A stretch of DNA of 64,000 nucleotides. Source: Phoronis australis (taxonomy: Eukaryota; Animalia; Phoronida). The position numbers and the translations under genes were made by a program. This document shows positions 27,517 through 37,940 of the stretch, one piece after another. A model generated the notes under the pieces. That model was not told where the DNA came from, made no database searches, and saw only the letters and a program-made list of their open reading frames with translations. The first letter of the stretch is position 1. Every line of letters starts with the position of its first letter. Location of the stretch: contig NMRA01000624.1 in the NCBI GenBank assembly GCA_002633005.1, positions 111,109-175,108 of the forward strand. Reading direction: 5' to 3'.

Positions 27517-29769
27517 CTAAAACAATGGACCTTTGGATATCGTCAAAAGAGCACACACCGTCCACAACTGATTGGCAGAACCAGCTAAACTCAGTGGCAA
27601 TACCCCATCAAGTATGTGGTATTCCTTTACCCTTCTGATGGCACTTTCCACGTGAATTCTTACCCTAGCTATTTCCTGAGTTTCGGTGACTTCCTTTCTG
27701 CTAAACTTTCCCTTCTCACCCAAAAAATGGTGAAATGTTCAGAGTTGCATTCCTAGCACTAAGAAGATCACTAATAAGGAAACCCTTATCGGCCATCACA
27801 TCGTCACCAGCCTCAACCACGTGCACTATACCACTCAACTTGGTGATCTCTTTATCAGAGATGCACCCTGTGTACAAAAGGCTGACAAACGCGTGGCTTC
27901 CAAAAGGACATATGCCAACAAGACCGTTAAAGTTTGGGTGGCTTTTGTAGCTTGAGTAAGTCTTTGAATTCAAAACCTTTGAACTTGGTGTCTGCACCTA
28001 TCTTTCACTTCAATCCAGTATCACCCTCGTTTTAGGATACGTCTCTTTAAAGCATGGCGGCATGTTTGCATCAATCTTCGCTCGCGAACACCAAATTGGC
28101 AAAGACACTAACATGAAATAAAGATAATTAACCCAAGTGATCAGAGTGCGACTAACAGTAGATTGGGATACATTAAACCTCACGGATAAATCCTGTTCAA
28201 TTAGGCCTTGCCTTATCCGACACAAAAATAAAACGAACTGGTCAATCAGTTTAAGAGAGTCGGATTTGAAAGCAGTACATTTCACACCATTCGTATTTCC
28301 GCTTCGTCGTCGAACTTGAGTCCACCTCAACATTCCCTGTGCAGTTGGTTCTAATGTCAAGTATAGCGTTTTCAATGTTTCGTAGTTCTTGAAGCCTGTG
28401 AAAAACAGGATGTTTGCAGAGTCCGATGAAAAACGTTGCATTGCATTCTTGGCAGCCAACTCTTCAATTTGCTTTATAGTACCTTCTTAAAGTTCTCCTT
28501 CACTTCTTGGCTTGCAGTTGTAGTCAAGTTCTTCGGATACACACGGAGTCTCAGTCAACTTGTCATATTATGGGTTGAAACATTCTGTGTAGCTCCACAC
28601 TGAAAATAATAAGTTTTTATATGACTATCATATTCACTCTGATTAACATTCAGGACATTACAAGTGCCGAACCGTCTGCATTCTCTCAACAGTTTTCTTC
28701 AGAGGCAGGTTTATAACAGCTTCAAATCGAGAAACTTGAGACCAAAGGGTAGCCACTGAGCTGACCTAACACAAGGCATGTCTTTGTTTTGTCTTGCGGC
28801 AACCTAGACCAGTGTTTTGGTCTCGTAAAACGGAATTTTTTTAAGAAAGCGAACGTTATAAGCGAGTGAAAAGAGTTTACTATGTAAGCAAAATTACCAT
28901 TTATAATGAATTAAGTGCATTCATTAAATCCTACAATATCAAGAAGCGACATCCACAGAGCAATGGGAGCAATGCTTATTTCCAAGTGTAAACTGAGAGT
29001 GAATTAAAAACAACACTACTGAAATGAATCAAATAATCTAAGGAAGAATAATCTCTTTGCAATACCTGCAAGGAACTCTTTTTTCGGCGCTTTTCTTGCC
29101 ACAGCCTTCGACCAGTCAAACTGGGATGGGACAGCACCAGGTTTAAGTTTACGCAGTCCTGCTAATATTTTGACCATGTCTTCTGCTTTAAAATGTTGAG
29201 AGCAAACTCTAGTGCCTTTAGTAATTTAAAACAAAGAAGAACAGATAATAAAGAACAAAAACTTTACTTAATCGATAAACAAAAAGAAGTTATTTTTACA
29301 AAAGTTTTTAAGAACAAACACAGCCGATGGCATGAAGCCATACAACGTGACCTAGATTTTGTAACCCGGCCGGACTGAACCAAATGCCGAGTTAGCTATG
29401 CTGAGGCAAAATAAGCAATACCGCACTTTACAAAAGTGCGATGAGTCGACCAAGTATGTCAACCATGACATGACTTGCAATACAAAATAAATGTAGAGTT
29501 TTTGCGATTGCTTTGATGGTATCATTAGAGTGACGGGGCCACAAAACGCAGCGAAGCTCGAGCGATTTGCGAGCTGAGCTCTATGAATCGATCGACGGCA
29601 GAAAAAAAAAACAACTAACCTGAAAGTGGGGGCTGATATCACGGCGAATTTTCACTACCCATTGTTTCCTGAGGTTCTCATCAGCAGGAAAATAGTGAAG
29701 TGACAATTGTTTTCCCGAGTCATAGCGTGAATCGTTCGTACAATTTGGGACACAACATTGAAGCGCCAT
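27517..29769 (-). pseudogene. THAP-HTH-DDE (DDE_Tnp_4/HARBI1-like) transposase of the ISL2EU element, intron-containing
   Basis: The THAP domain is split over two exons (MALQCCVPNC..LHYFPADENLRKQW; RVCSQHF..LKPGAVPS). HTH: LCRIRQGLIEQDLSVRFNVSQSTVSR. Catalytic motifs: TRVILD, YSSYKSH, VMADKGF, IARVRIHVESAIRRVKEY. The gene is frameshifted. Confidence 0.92.
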
Positions 29770-30539
29770 TCTCGTTGTCCTGTCCTCGATGAGCTGCTGA
29801 TCACACAGCCTCGTTTTCAACCCGGAGACATGCTAGCGTGAATAGAGTCTATAAAATATTACGCGACATTTTGGGAGCATTTTTTCTAAGTGAAGTGTCA
29901 GATGGGATGTTTTTTCATGAGTAACCCATTTTCGAACAATTAAAGAGGAATAAGCGTCCAATTTGCTGACGAATTCTAGCAAATTTAATGTTTCGAATTC
30001 TTAAAATTTACATGTAGTTGCAGAGAAAACACGTGAAAATGCAATACGTCTATGTACATTTTAACACATTTTAAGATTTTTCAGGCATTTGTAATTGACA
30101 AGCTACAAAGCTCAATGTTTTCTTGCGAAATTTCATGTTTTATGTCTTACCGAAATCAATGTTGAAGATCATGATTTTAGAAAGAAAACTCGGTCATGTG
30201 ATTACGTGTGGGCACCATTTCTGTGCCATAATAGAGTGTTACCGTCATCATTGATACTTTAATTATTCAAGAAAATTGTATTCACAAATAGATTACTTGG
30301 TAGCTAAGGTACACTTACCTAACCGCTTTATTCACCATCAATACTGGTGTAAACAAGTTCAAGTATGGGCTGACAGACGAGTGCACACTAATTTTTAGAA
30401 GAGACACGAAACGACATTCATCAAGTTCTGTTAGGACCATGAACTGCTTACAGGTGCTATTGGTTGATGAAAAATACTGCTTCACGTTATATTATTTCGA
30501 CGTCGTCGCGTCATCGTGGCCATTGCATCAAGGTGCAGG

Positions 30540-31330
30540 ATTCTAGAATTACCACAATTGTCCAAAAATATCTTCATGTAGAAGTGTCATATCCAGATAT
30601 CTCTATATTTCGCTAATTCCATCAGCAGAGATTTTTCTGTAGCGCTAATATACACCAATGTTTCTAAACGAAATGGTAGGAGATACTTGCAACAGTTACA
30701 TGTATATCCAGATATCCATAGATTAGCCACTTTAGAAGATAGCGCTCGGTTAAATAGATAATTCTAGATTAGCTAGATACTGCTAAATTAAAAAGACATT
30801 TCCAGATAATTCTAGATTTGCAAATTTGGAAGATATTAGTATTTCAGTCCACGCTATTATGCACTCCACAAACATATACCCACAGACGTTTTAATATTAT
30901 AATATAATGTTACTGCAATAGCGCTAATCAAATCTCTAAATTAGACTTTTTTTCAGCAGCACTAAAATGACTGTGTTCAGTTACTGAATTAGAGGATATT
31001 TTTATTGCAGTAGCGCCAGTAATGTCTATTAACTAGAAGATGTTTGTTCAGTAGTACTAAAATTATCTATTAGAAATAATGTTAATGCAATAGTGTTATC
31101 TTTTTAATTTAGAAGGAGTCGATAAAAAACTTTCCCACGGACATATACCCGTTATTAGCGCTTTTGCGCTATTGAAAGAGCATTGTCTTATAATTTTGCG
31201 CTATCGAAATAGCATTATCTACTAATCTAGACTGATCGAACGAGAGAGCTCTCTGACGAAGATATATCTGCTTTTGACGCTATTGCGCTATTGGATTTGC
31301 ATTATCATCTAATTTAGAAATGCCAGGCAC
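30540..31330. repeat. Degenerate minisatellite-like tract, paralog at ~36630-37040
   Basis: Recurring ctagatt.gc.aa..tagaagata / tagcgctaa motifs at roughly 40-45-bp spacing. Confidence 0.45.
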
Positions 31331-32124
31331 CATAGTTCTCTCATGAAGATCAACAAGCCATATTAATGCTAAAGATACATGTATGTCTGCTATTAAAGCT
31401 ATGGCACTTTTAGATTTGCAATATCTTCTTATTCGAAATTTTGTTGTGCACTTTAGTTTTCCTGATGAAAATACTATATGTAGTTCTATGTTTGACATAC
31501 ACTGTACAGTGTATTTATCCGCTACTGCACAGTCTAATAACCATTTATCTTGTGTTCGCACAATTAGAGAAATTTTAAAAAATAATTTCAAATTCGTTTC
31601 GAGTACAAAGATTAGATTCCGGGCCTAGGCCACATACATGTACTCGAGAAAAGACGGCTGACATTGTAACTGGAAATTATGTTTTACTTTGAGTGCTGTT
31701 ACATATAGTCTTTGGAATAAGAAGACACATGAACCAGTGGCTGTAAGTATTACCTGCGTACATGTACATACATGTATTCTCGTTTCAGTTGCCACAACAC
31801 CACCGAAAACTAAATGTAAGTATATGGAGTTACTCTTCTTGCTATCAAAATCGTAATATGCTTTAACTGTTTTTTTGCATCTTGGTTAATTTTTGAGCGA
31901 TACGTTCGTCAGTATTTTCCTGCGTCATCAATGTATGTCAATTCTTTGACAGTTTGTAAAAACAACATGTCACTTTTCTCATCTGATTGACATGAAAACT
32001 ACAAAAATCTTGGCATACTGGTAAATTGCTGATTGTAAATAACTGTCCAAAATCTCGTGTGAAAAAGGAGAAATGCCGCTCGTGAGATGTAAGACATAAT
32101 ACTTGGCTGTAAAAAGATATCGGG

Positions 32125-32196
32125 TCCTCGGTAGCTCAGCGGTAAGAGCACTAGACCGTCGATCTAGAGACATGTGGTTCGATTCCCAGTTGGAGA
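32125..32196 (+). pseudogene. tRNA-derived sequence (tRNA-Asp(GTC)-like pseudogene or SINE head)
   Basis: A box tagctcagcgg and B box ggttcgattcc are present. The stem ctaga/tctag encloses the loop ccGTCga. The acceptor and T stems pair poorly and U33 is missing. Confidence 0.65.
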
Positions 32197-33614
32197 TCCT
32201 GACATATCTGTGTTCGTTTGATACAAAAATCTTGTATCGTTTAAGTATTTCGAGCCCTGCTTTTCATTGAAATTTACCGCAAAATGATACTGTGGTGGTT
32301 GTTGTTTTCGCTGCTACTTAAAACAGAACCTTGGTAAATTTGGAATATGGACGGGTTTCACTGATCAATTTCCGACGAATGACATCCGTTTCTCGCTACA
32401 ACGAAATGTTCTTCTGATAGATATTCCGATGGATTCTCATTTATTGACTTGATACTTGGCTTCCTTGATCTTGGTTAGCCATCTAATGTACGGTGATATT
32501 TTAATCGTTTATGCGGTCAACGATGCAGGTTTTCCCGCCGAGAGCCCATATCTAATTTGCATATACGATCTCATAATTCAGCTGATGACTAAGACATCTG
32601 CCTGACCCATTAGAGGCACTTCTGACCACTTTGATTTATTATGTTCATTTTGATACACTATGTTTTTCCATATACTTGTATCCACAACTATGCGCGTCGC
32701 TGGCGTCATCATTGCTTCAGTTGTATTACGCCACGTCTCGCTCTCTCATGTTCTCTCATTTTCATGTCTGCCGTTACATGTCAATTTTTGCGGGTAATTA
32801 CTAGAAGATATCTGTTTGCGGTAAGAATGCGCTAGCAAGTAAGAAAGGCTCGACCACGATCAAACATAAAGTAAGGAATTCAAAAGGATACTGTCAACGA
32901 AAGATTGAATTCCATATTAAGTAAACATTTTCTCATCTTAGTCTTCACTACCAATTACAACACATTAAAACATTGCGCCTAATTATGTGGATTGCGCCTT
33001 TTTGACCAAGTATTTCCAGCTTAGTGACTGTTTACATGTTCATCCAATATGTCCATTGCAATCGTAATAACAATAAAAGTAACATTAATAAGATAATAAT
33101 AATAATGATTATAATAATTACAACTAATACAACATATTTCACATCTGCATATAAACAATTGAAATCAAAAATATATTTCTTCATCAGCAATCTAATATTG
33201 CTAGCGGTTTTATTACACTTCACCGAAGGTGGGGCTAAGGTGAGTCTAATTCCACCTTACGTTACGATGAACATGTAAAGGATTAAGTTAATCCACATTA
33301 AGGTGATGTTATGGTGGCTTTGAGTAAATGGAATTACTGTATGTAGTGAATAAATGCTCAGTTAGGGTGACATTTAGATCAGGTGACGTCGAGTCAGTCA
33401 CCCCAGAGGCCGAAATGTAATCACTGGAACCCCAAATTTAACTTAATCAATAGTTACTGTATACCTACAAACAAAACCTACTAAAATATACAATCTTGAT
33501 GTTCATGTAATCGGCTGTAAATCTCTTTGACTCTAGGTTCTAATCCATCTTGTCTTTTTCCTGAATTAACAATAAATTGTATCCTATGTAACGTCAAGTG
33601 ATGGTGTTTTGCAG

Positions 33615-33755
33615 CACCAGGAGCGTGTGAGAATGAACTCCAAGACTGTCATATGTATGGAGCAGGCAAAGCAGTCTGCGTCAAACATGAATCATGGGCA
33701 AGGAAATACTGCGAAGCCTACTGCGGGTTTTGTGTACCACCGTCGACCACCACAG
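33615..33755 (+). CDS. ShKT-domain exon 4 (phase 1-1)
   Basis: ttttgcag|CA ... ACAG|gtaaat, 141 nt. Translates as (A)PGACENELQDCHMYGAGKAVCVKHESWARKYCEAYCGFCVPPSTTT, in a different frame from listed ORF 33609..33851. Confidence 0.9.
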
Positions 33756-34153
33756 GTAAATACTGTAGGAGGAGTTATCTTGAATCATATAATAACGTAT
33801 ACCCTGGGAAACAATGATATCCAGGTGTTCTATATTGTATACAATATTTAGGACTACGTGGACATATTCGAAATCGTGATTTTTTCTGAAAACTGTTTAC
33901 TGTATTGCTTCGCACTAAGGCGCTTTCTCCTAAGTTTTACAAATTGGCACAGGTAAATGATGTTGGTTAAGGCATATTCCTTGTTGTGAATTCAGGAATA
34001 TGTATTGTCCGTGGAATAAAATATTATGCGACATTTTGGGAGGGATTTTTCTAAATGAAGTCTCAGATAAGATATTGTTTCATGCGTGACCCATTTGCGA
34101 ACTATTAAGGAGGATGAAGAGTCCAATTCGGTGACAAACTCTAGCAAATTTAA

Positions 34154-35848
34154 ACGAGAATGGCACCCGATTTAATTAGTCTTTTTTACCAACTGAATCG
34201 GTCTATATACACATCACCTCTTGTACGGTCGACCTCACCGTACCGAGAGGTGTCGCGTTAACCTGTGACGAAGATGAGAAACGACGCAGCGACGTCAATT
34301 ATACGTCTGCCTAGTGAATGCCGCTACATGTATATCGCGGTGCATCGTTCCGCTTGCGCGAACTATGAGGCGCTGAAAAAAGTGGGTATCTCGTTTTTTC
34401 GACACTTCCTCGAGAGCCTGAAGTCTTAGGAAATGGCTCGAGGAAGTGAAAAATGAAAGGCATGCTGTTAATAGCAAGTGTGAGGCCGTGAAACATCTCC
34501 GTTCCGTGGCCGGCATTTCGTCGACAGTGATTTCTGTGACGAATTCCGGCTTACCAAAGAAATATCCATACGTTCCGTTGCCAGTGCATGTTCACGGCGC
34601 CTCTCTATTTTTTTTTTGATCAGTGTATTCCGGTTCGAATTGATAGCCTGTGAAACCTAAGGATCACATCCGTGAAGTCTTCGTCGGATGAGCTCTTGAG
34701 TAAGTCAGGATTGGCGCGAGGCGAGTTGCCATGTAGACGTTTATTAATCTGCGTTCTGTTTCAAAATGAATTATTATCATTCTCACCAATGCTTAGGACA
34801 ATAAAAAACTGAAACAAAGTCTATCTCATTAGATACAATTTGTAATGCCTTTGCAGTATTCGTGAGTGCAATTTTTGAGAAGCCAGTAATGAATAAACCG
34901 CTGGCTTTTGATGCCGGCAATAAAGGTAATTGACCATGTACCGAGGTCGTGTGAGCGCATGCTAACATGCTAATTCAGTGTTTGCTGACAGAGAGCTGTT
35001 GTGAAACAATTACTAGATTTTATATCAATGGCCACATGCTAGGGGAATCATTATTCAGAAATACAAATACATTATTCAAATCATTGTTACTGTAAAACCT
35101 TTGCCCTGGTGGTCTGTGGAAGGGGAACCCGACTTCGCGGCCCCCAACAAGTAAGTAGATTTTCAGTTTCGTGGCTAATTTCTTTGGCTCAATATCGCAG
35201 TCTTTTCGTGACTGGAGGTTTAGTTCCCAACTCAAGCTTGTTTATGTTCGTGCCAGTCTCGGCGGCCGCGGAGGGCCTCATCGGGTTCCCAGGCACTGGC
35301 CCCGGTAATAACGAGTCAGACGGTCCGGCCGCGACCGGCCTGATCGCGTTCCGAGCCGCTGGTCGGGATAACAAGCGTTTTTGTGTGTTAAGAACTCAAA
35401 AAATCGTTAGTCTAAACGACACAGTTCTAGGCTGTCCCTTCTGTATTTCACGGAGGACTACTTCGAACAGACCCCAAACTCCTGCTATGGATATTGGTAA
35501 ATTGGCCTGCCGAACTTTGTAGGCTACGGTTATGTCCAAATATCAATAAACCCGTAAGAGCGAAATAAAACAACACGTTTCTAAAAGAACTCGGTGTATT
35601 TTTAAGGGTTTTACATCGAAGTTTGATTACTTATTGGTGTTAAGCGATAAACTCAAGCGATAACCTGACACCAGTAACCATGTTGCGAACTGCTGAACAA
35701 ACTGCCTGTGAAACCAATTACGTCATTGGGTAAGTTCAACACATCCGTCTGCCGTCAGGTGTCGGGTAACGCAACCGAACGTGCCGTTATCGAGCAGAAC
35801 TACTCGATCTAAATTGATACAAATGGGTTTTTTTGTTGGCATTCTCTT
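34154..35848. mobile_element. Kolobok-type non-autonomous element, copy A
   Basis: TTAA is duplicated at 34150-53 and 35849-52, with ends acgagaatggcacc / gttggcattctctt. The empty site ctagcaaatTTAAtgtt lies at 29985-88 in unit 3. Homologous to 53437-55017. Confidence 0.88.
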
Positions 35849-37046
35849 TTAATGTTCCGATGGCGTAAAAGTTTAGCAAACTTTTAATTGACTCTGACCC
35901 GAAGAGCGTTGAGTTTGTAGATATTTGTTTGACCTAAATCATACAGTTCAAAGTCCGAGTGGAGTGAAGTCAGTAAAATCGGTAGCAATTTACAACTGTA
36001 AATTACTTTGCTTGAACTTTATATGTAGTTGCAGAGAAAACACGTGTAAATGCAATACGTCGAGGTTTGTAACCCATTTTTAAAGATTTTTCATCAGGCA
36101 TTCGCAACTGACAAGCTACAGAGATCGATGTTTTCTTGCAAAATTTCATATTTTATGTCTTACGGGAATCAGTGTTCAAGATCATGATCTTAGAAAGAAA
36201 ACTCGGTCATGTGATTACGTGTGGGAACCATGTCTGTGCCATAATAAAGGTAGAGTTGCACTGTCATCTATGAAATTATAATTATTCAAGAGTTTAAGAA
36301 TATTGTATTCAAAAATAGATTACTTGGTAGCTTAGGTACACTTACATGTAGCTAACCGCTTTATTCACCAATAATGTAATATTCAACATATCGCCCACAA
36401 AAAGTAAAGGCTCAACCCGTATACCCATGGATACTGGTGTAAACGAGTCCAAGTATGGGCTGATAGACGAGTGCACATTAATTTGTAGAAGAGACACGAA
36501 ACGACATTCATCAAGTTTTGCTAGGACCATGAACTGCTTACAGGTGCTATTGGTTGATGAAAAATACTTCTTCACGTTATATTATTTCGTCGTCGTCGTG
36601 TCATCGTGGCCATTGCATCAAGGTGCATGATTCTAGAATTAGCACAATTGTCCAAAAATATCTTCATACAGAAGTGTCATATCCAGATATCTCTAGATTT
36701 TGCTAATTCACTAGGCAGAGATTTTCTCTAGCGCTAATATAAACCAATGTTTATAAAATACATGGTAGAAGAAACTTGCAACAGTAATATCCAGGCAGTA
36801 CTAGATTAGCTAACTTAGAAGATACTGCTAAATTGAAAAGACGTATCCAGATACTCCTACATTTGCAAATTTGGAGGATATTAGTATTTTGCAATCCACA
36901 CTTATACGCTCAAACGCTTTGATATTAGAATATAATGCTCCTGCAATAGCGCGATAGTCTCTAAATTAGAAACAATGTTTTTCAGCAGCACTAAAACAAC
37001 TGTGTTCAGTTCCTGGAGTAGACTGTTATTACAATAGCACCATTAA

Positions 37047-37940
37047 AGGAGCATGCCACCCAAAAACAACCTAATTTGTATCAATTTAGATCGAATAGTT
37101 TTAGTCCATAACCACACGTACGGTTACGTTACCTGACACCTGACGGCAGACGGAGGTGTTGAAATTATCCAATGACGTCATCGGTTTCACACGCAGTCTG
37201 TTCAGCACATCANNNNNNNNNNNNNNNNNNNNNNNNNNNNNNNNNNNNNNNNNNNNNNNNNNNNNNNNNNNNNNNNNNNNNNNNNNNNNNNNNNNNNNNN
37301 NNNNNNNNNNNNNNNNNNNNNNNNNNNNNNNNNNNNNNNNNNNNNNNNNNNNNNNNNNNNNNNNNNNNNNNNNNNNNNNNNNNNNNNNNNNNNNNNNNNN
37401 NNNNNNNNNNNNNNNNNNNNNNNGGCGCCCGATCAGGCAGGATTGACTCGATCCCGGCCAGTGGCCCGGAGATCAGACATAACGAACATAAACCAGCCAA
37501 AGTTCAGTGGAAACTAAACTTCCAGTCACGAAAATACCATATTATTGCGCCAAAGTAATGTGCACGTGATTATGATGGTGAATTAGCCACGAAACTGCAA
37601 ATCTACTTACTAGTTGGGGGCCGCGAAGTCAAGTTCCGCTTTGGCCGCAGCCCCGTCAGGGCAGAAGTTTTACATTGACAATCATTATTTCAGTAATGTA
37701 AATGTAAATAAAGATTCCCCTAACTCCTGGCCGTGGCATGGAAATTGAGTTGTTTCACAACAATTTCTGCCAGCAAACACTAAATTAGCATGAGCTCACA
37801 CGGCCTCGGTTTTTTGCACCTAAACCGGTAAGGCAGTGATTTATTCATTGCTGGCTTCTCAAATCATTTGCACTCACGAACACTCCAAAGGTATTACAAA
37901 TTGCATCTAATGAGACAGACTTTGTTTCAGTTTTATATAA
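37047..37940. mobile_element. Kolobok-type element, copy C (inverted, partial, spans the N gap)
   Basis: Starts TTAA|aggagcatgccaccc and is the reverse complement of the right part of copies A and B. It is cut off by the Academ terminus at 37941. Confidence 0.82.
37213..37423. other. Assembly gap (N run)
   Basis: 211 consecutive n. ORFs listed across it are artefacts. Confidence 0.99.

Larger units (their letters stand above)
20606..29850. mobile_element. ISL2EU-type DNA transposon (PIF/Harbinger-ISL2EU group), complete ends, decayed genes
   Basis: 19-bp imperfect TIRs attctctattcacgcttgc / gctagcgtgaatagagtct, plus subterminal gaaaacgaggctg at both ends. AT is duplicated at 20604-05 and 29851-52, and the empty site ccgtggaATaaaatatt is present in unit 4 (34016-17). 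It carries convergent YqaJ and THAP-DDE genes. Confidence 0.92.
16540..37045 (+). repeat. Recent tandem duplication: unit 3 (~16540-31560) and unit 4 (~31565-37045), each with one ShKT exon
   Basis: Collinear near-identical blocks: 16550 vs 31580 (aataatttcaa.ttcgtttcgagtacaaagatta), 16750-17292 vs 32540-33080, 19700-20605 vs 33120-34017, and 29851-31000 vs 34016-34150 plus 36015-37040. Confidence 0.9.

Noticed and set aside
27517-28459. Host HARBI1 gene
   Set aside because: It is frameshifted, fused to THAP and enclosed by TIRs and a TSD, so it is a transposase relic.
37156-37558. ORFs containing X runs
   Set aside because: Artefacts of the N gap.
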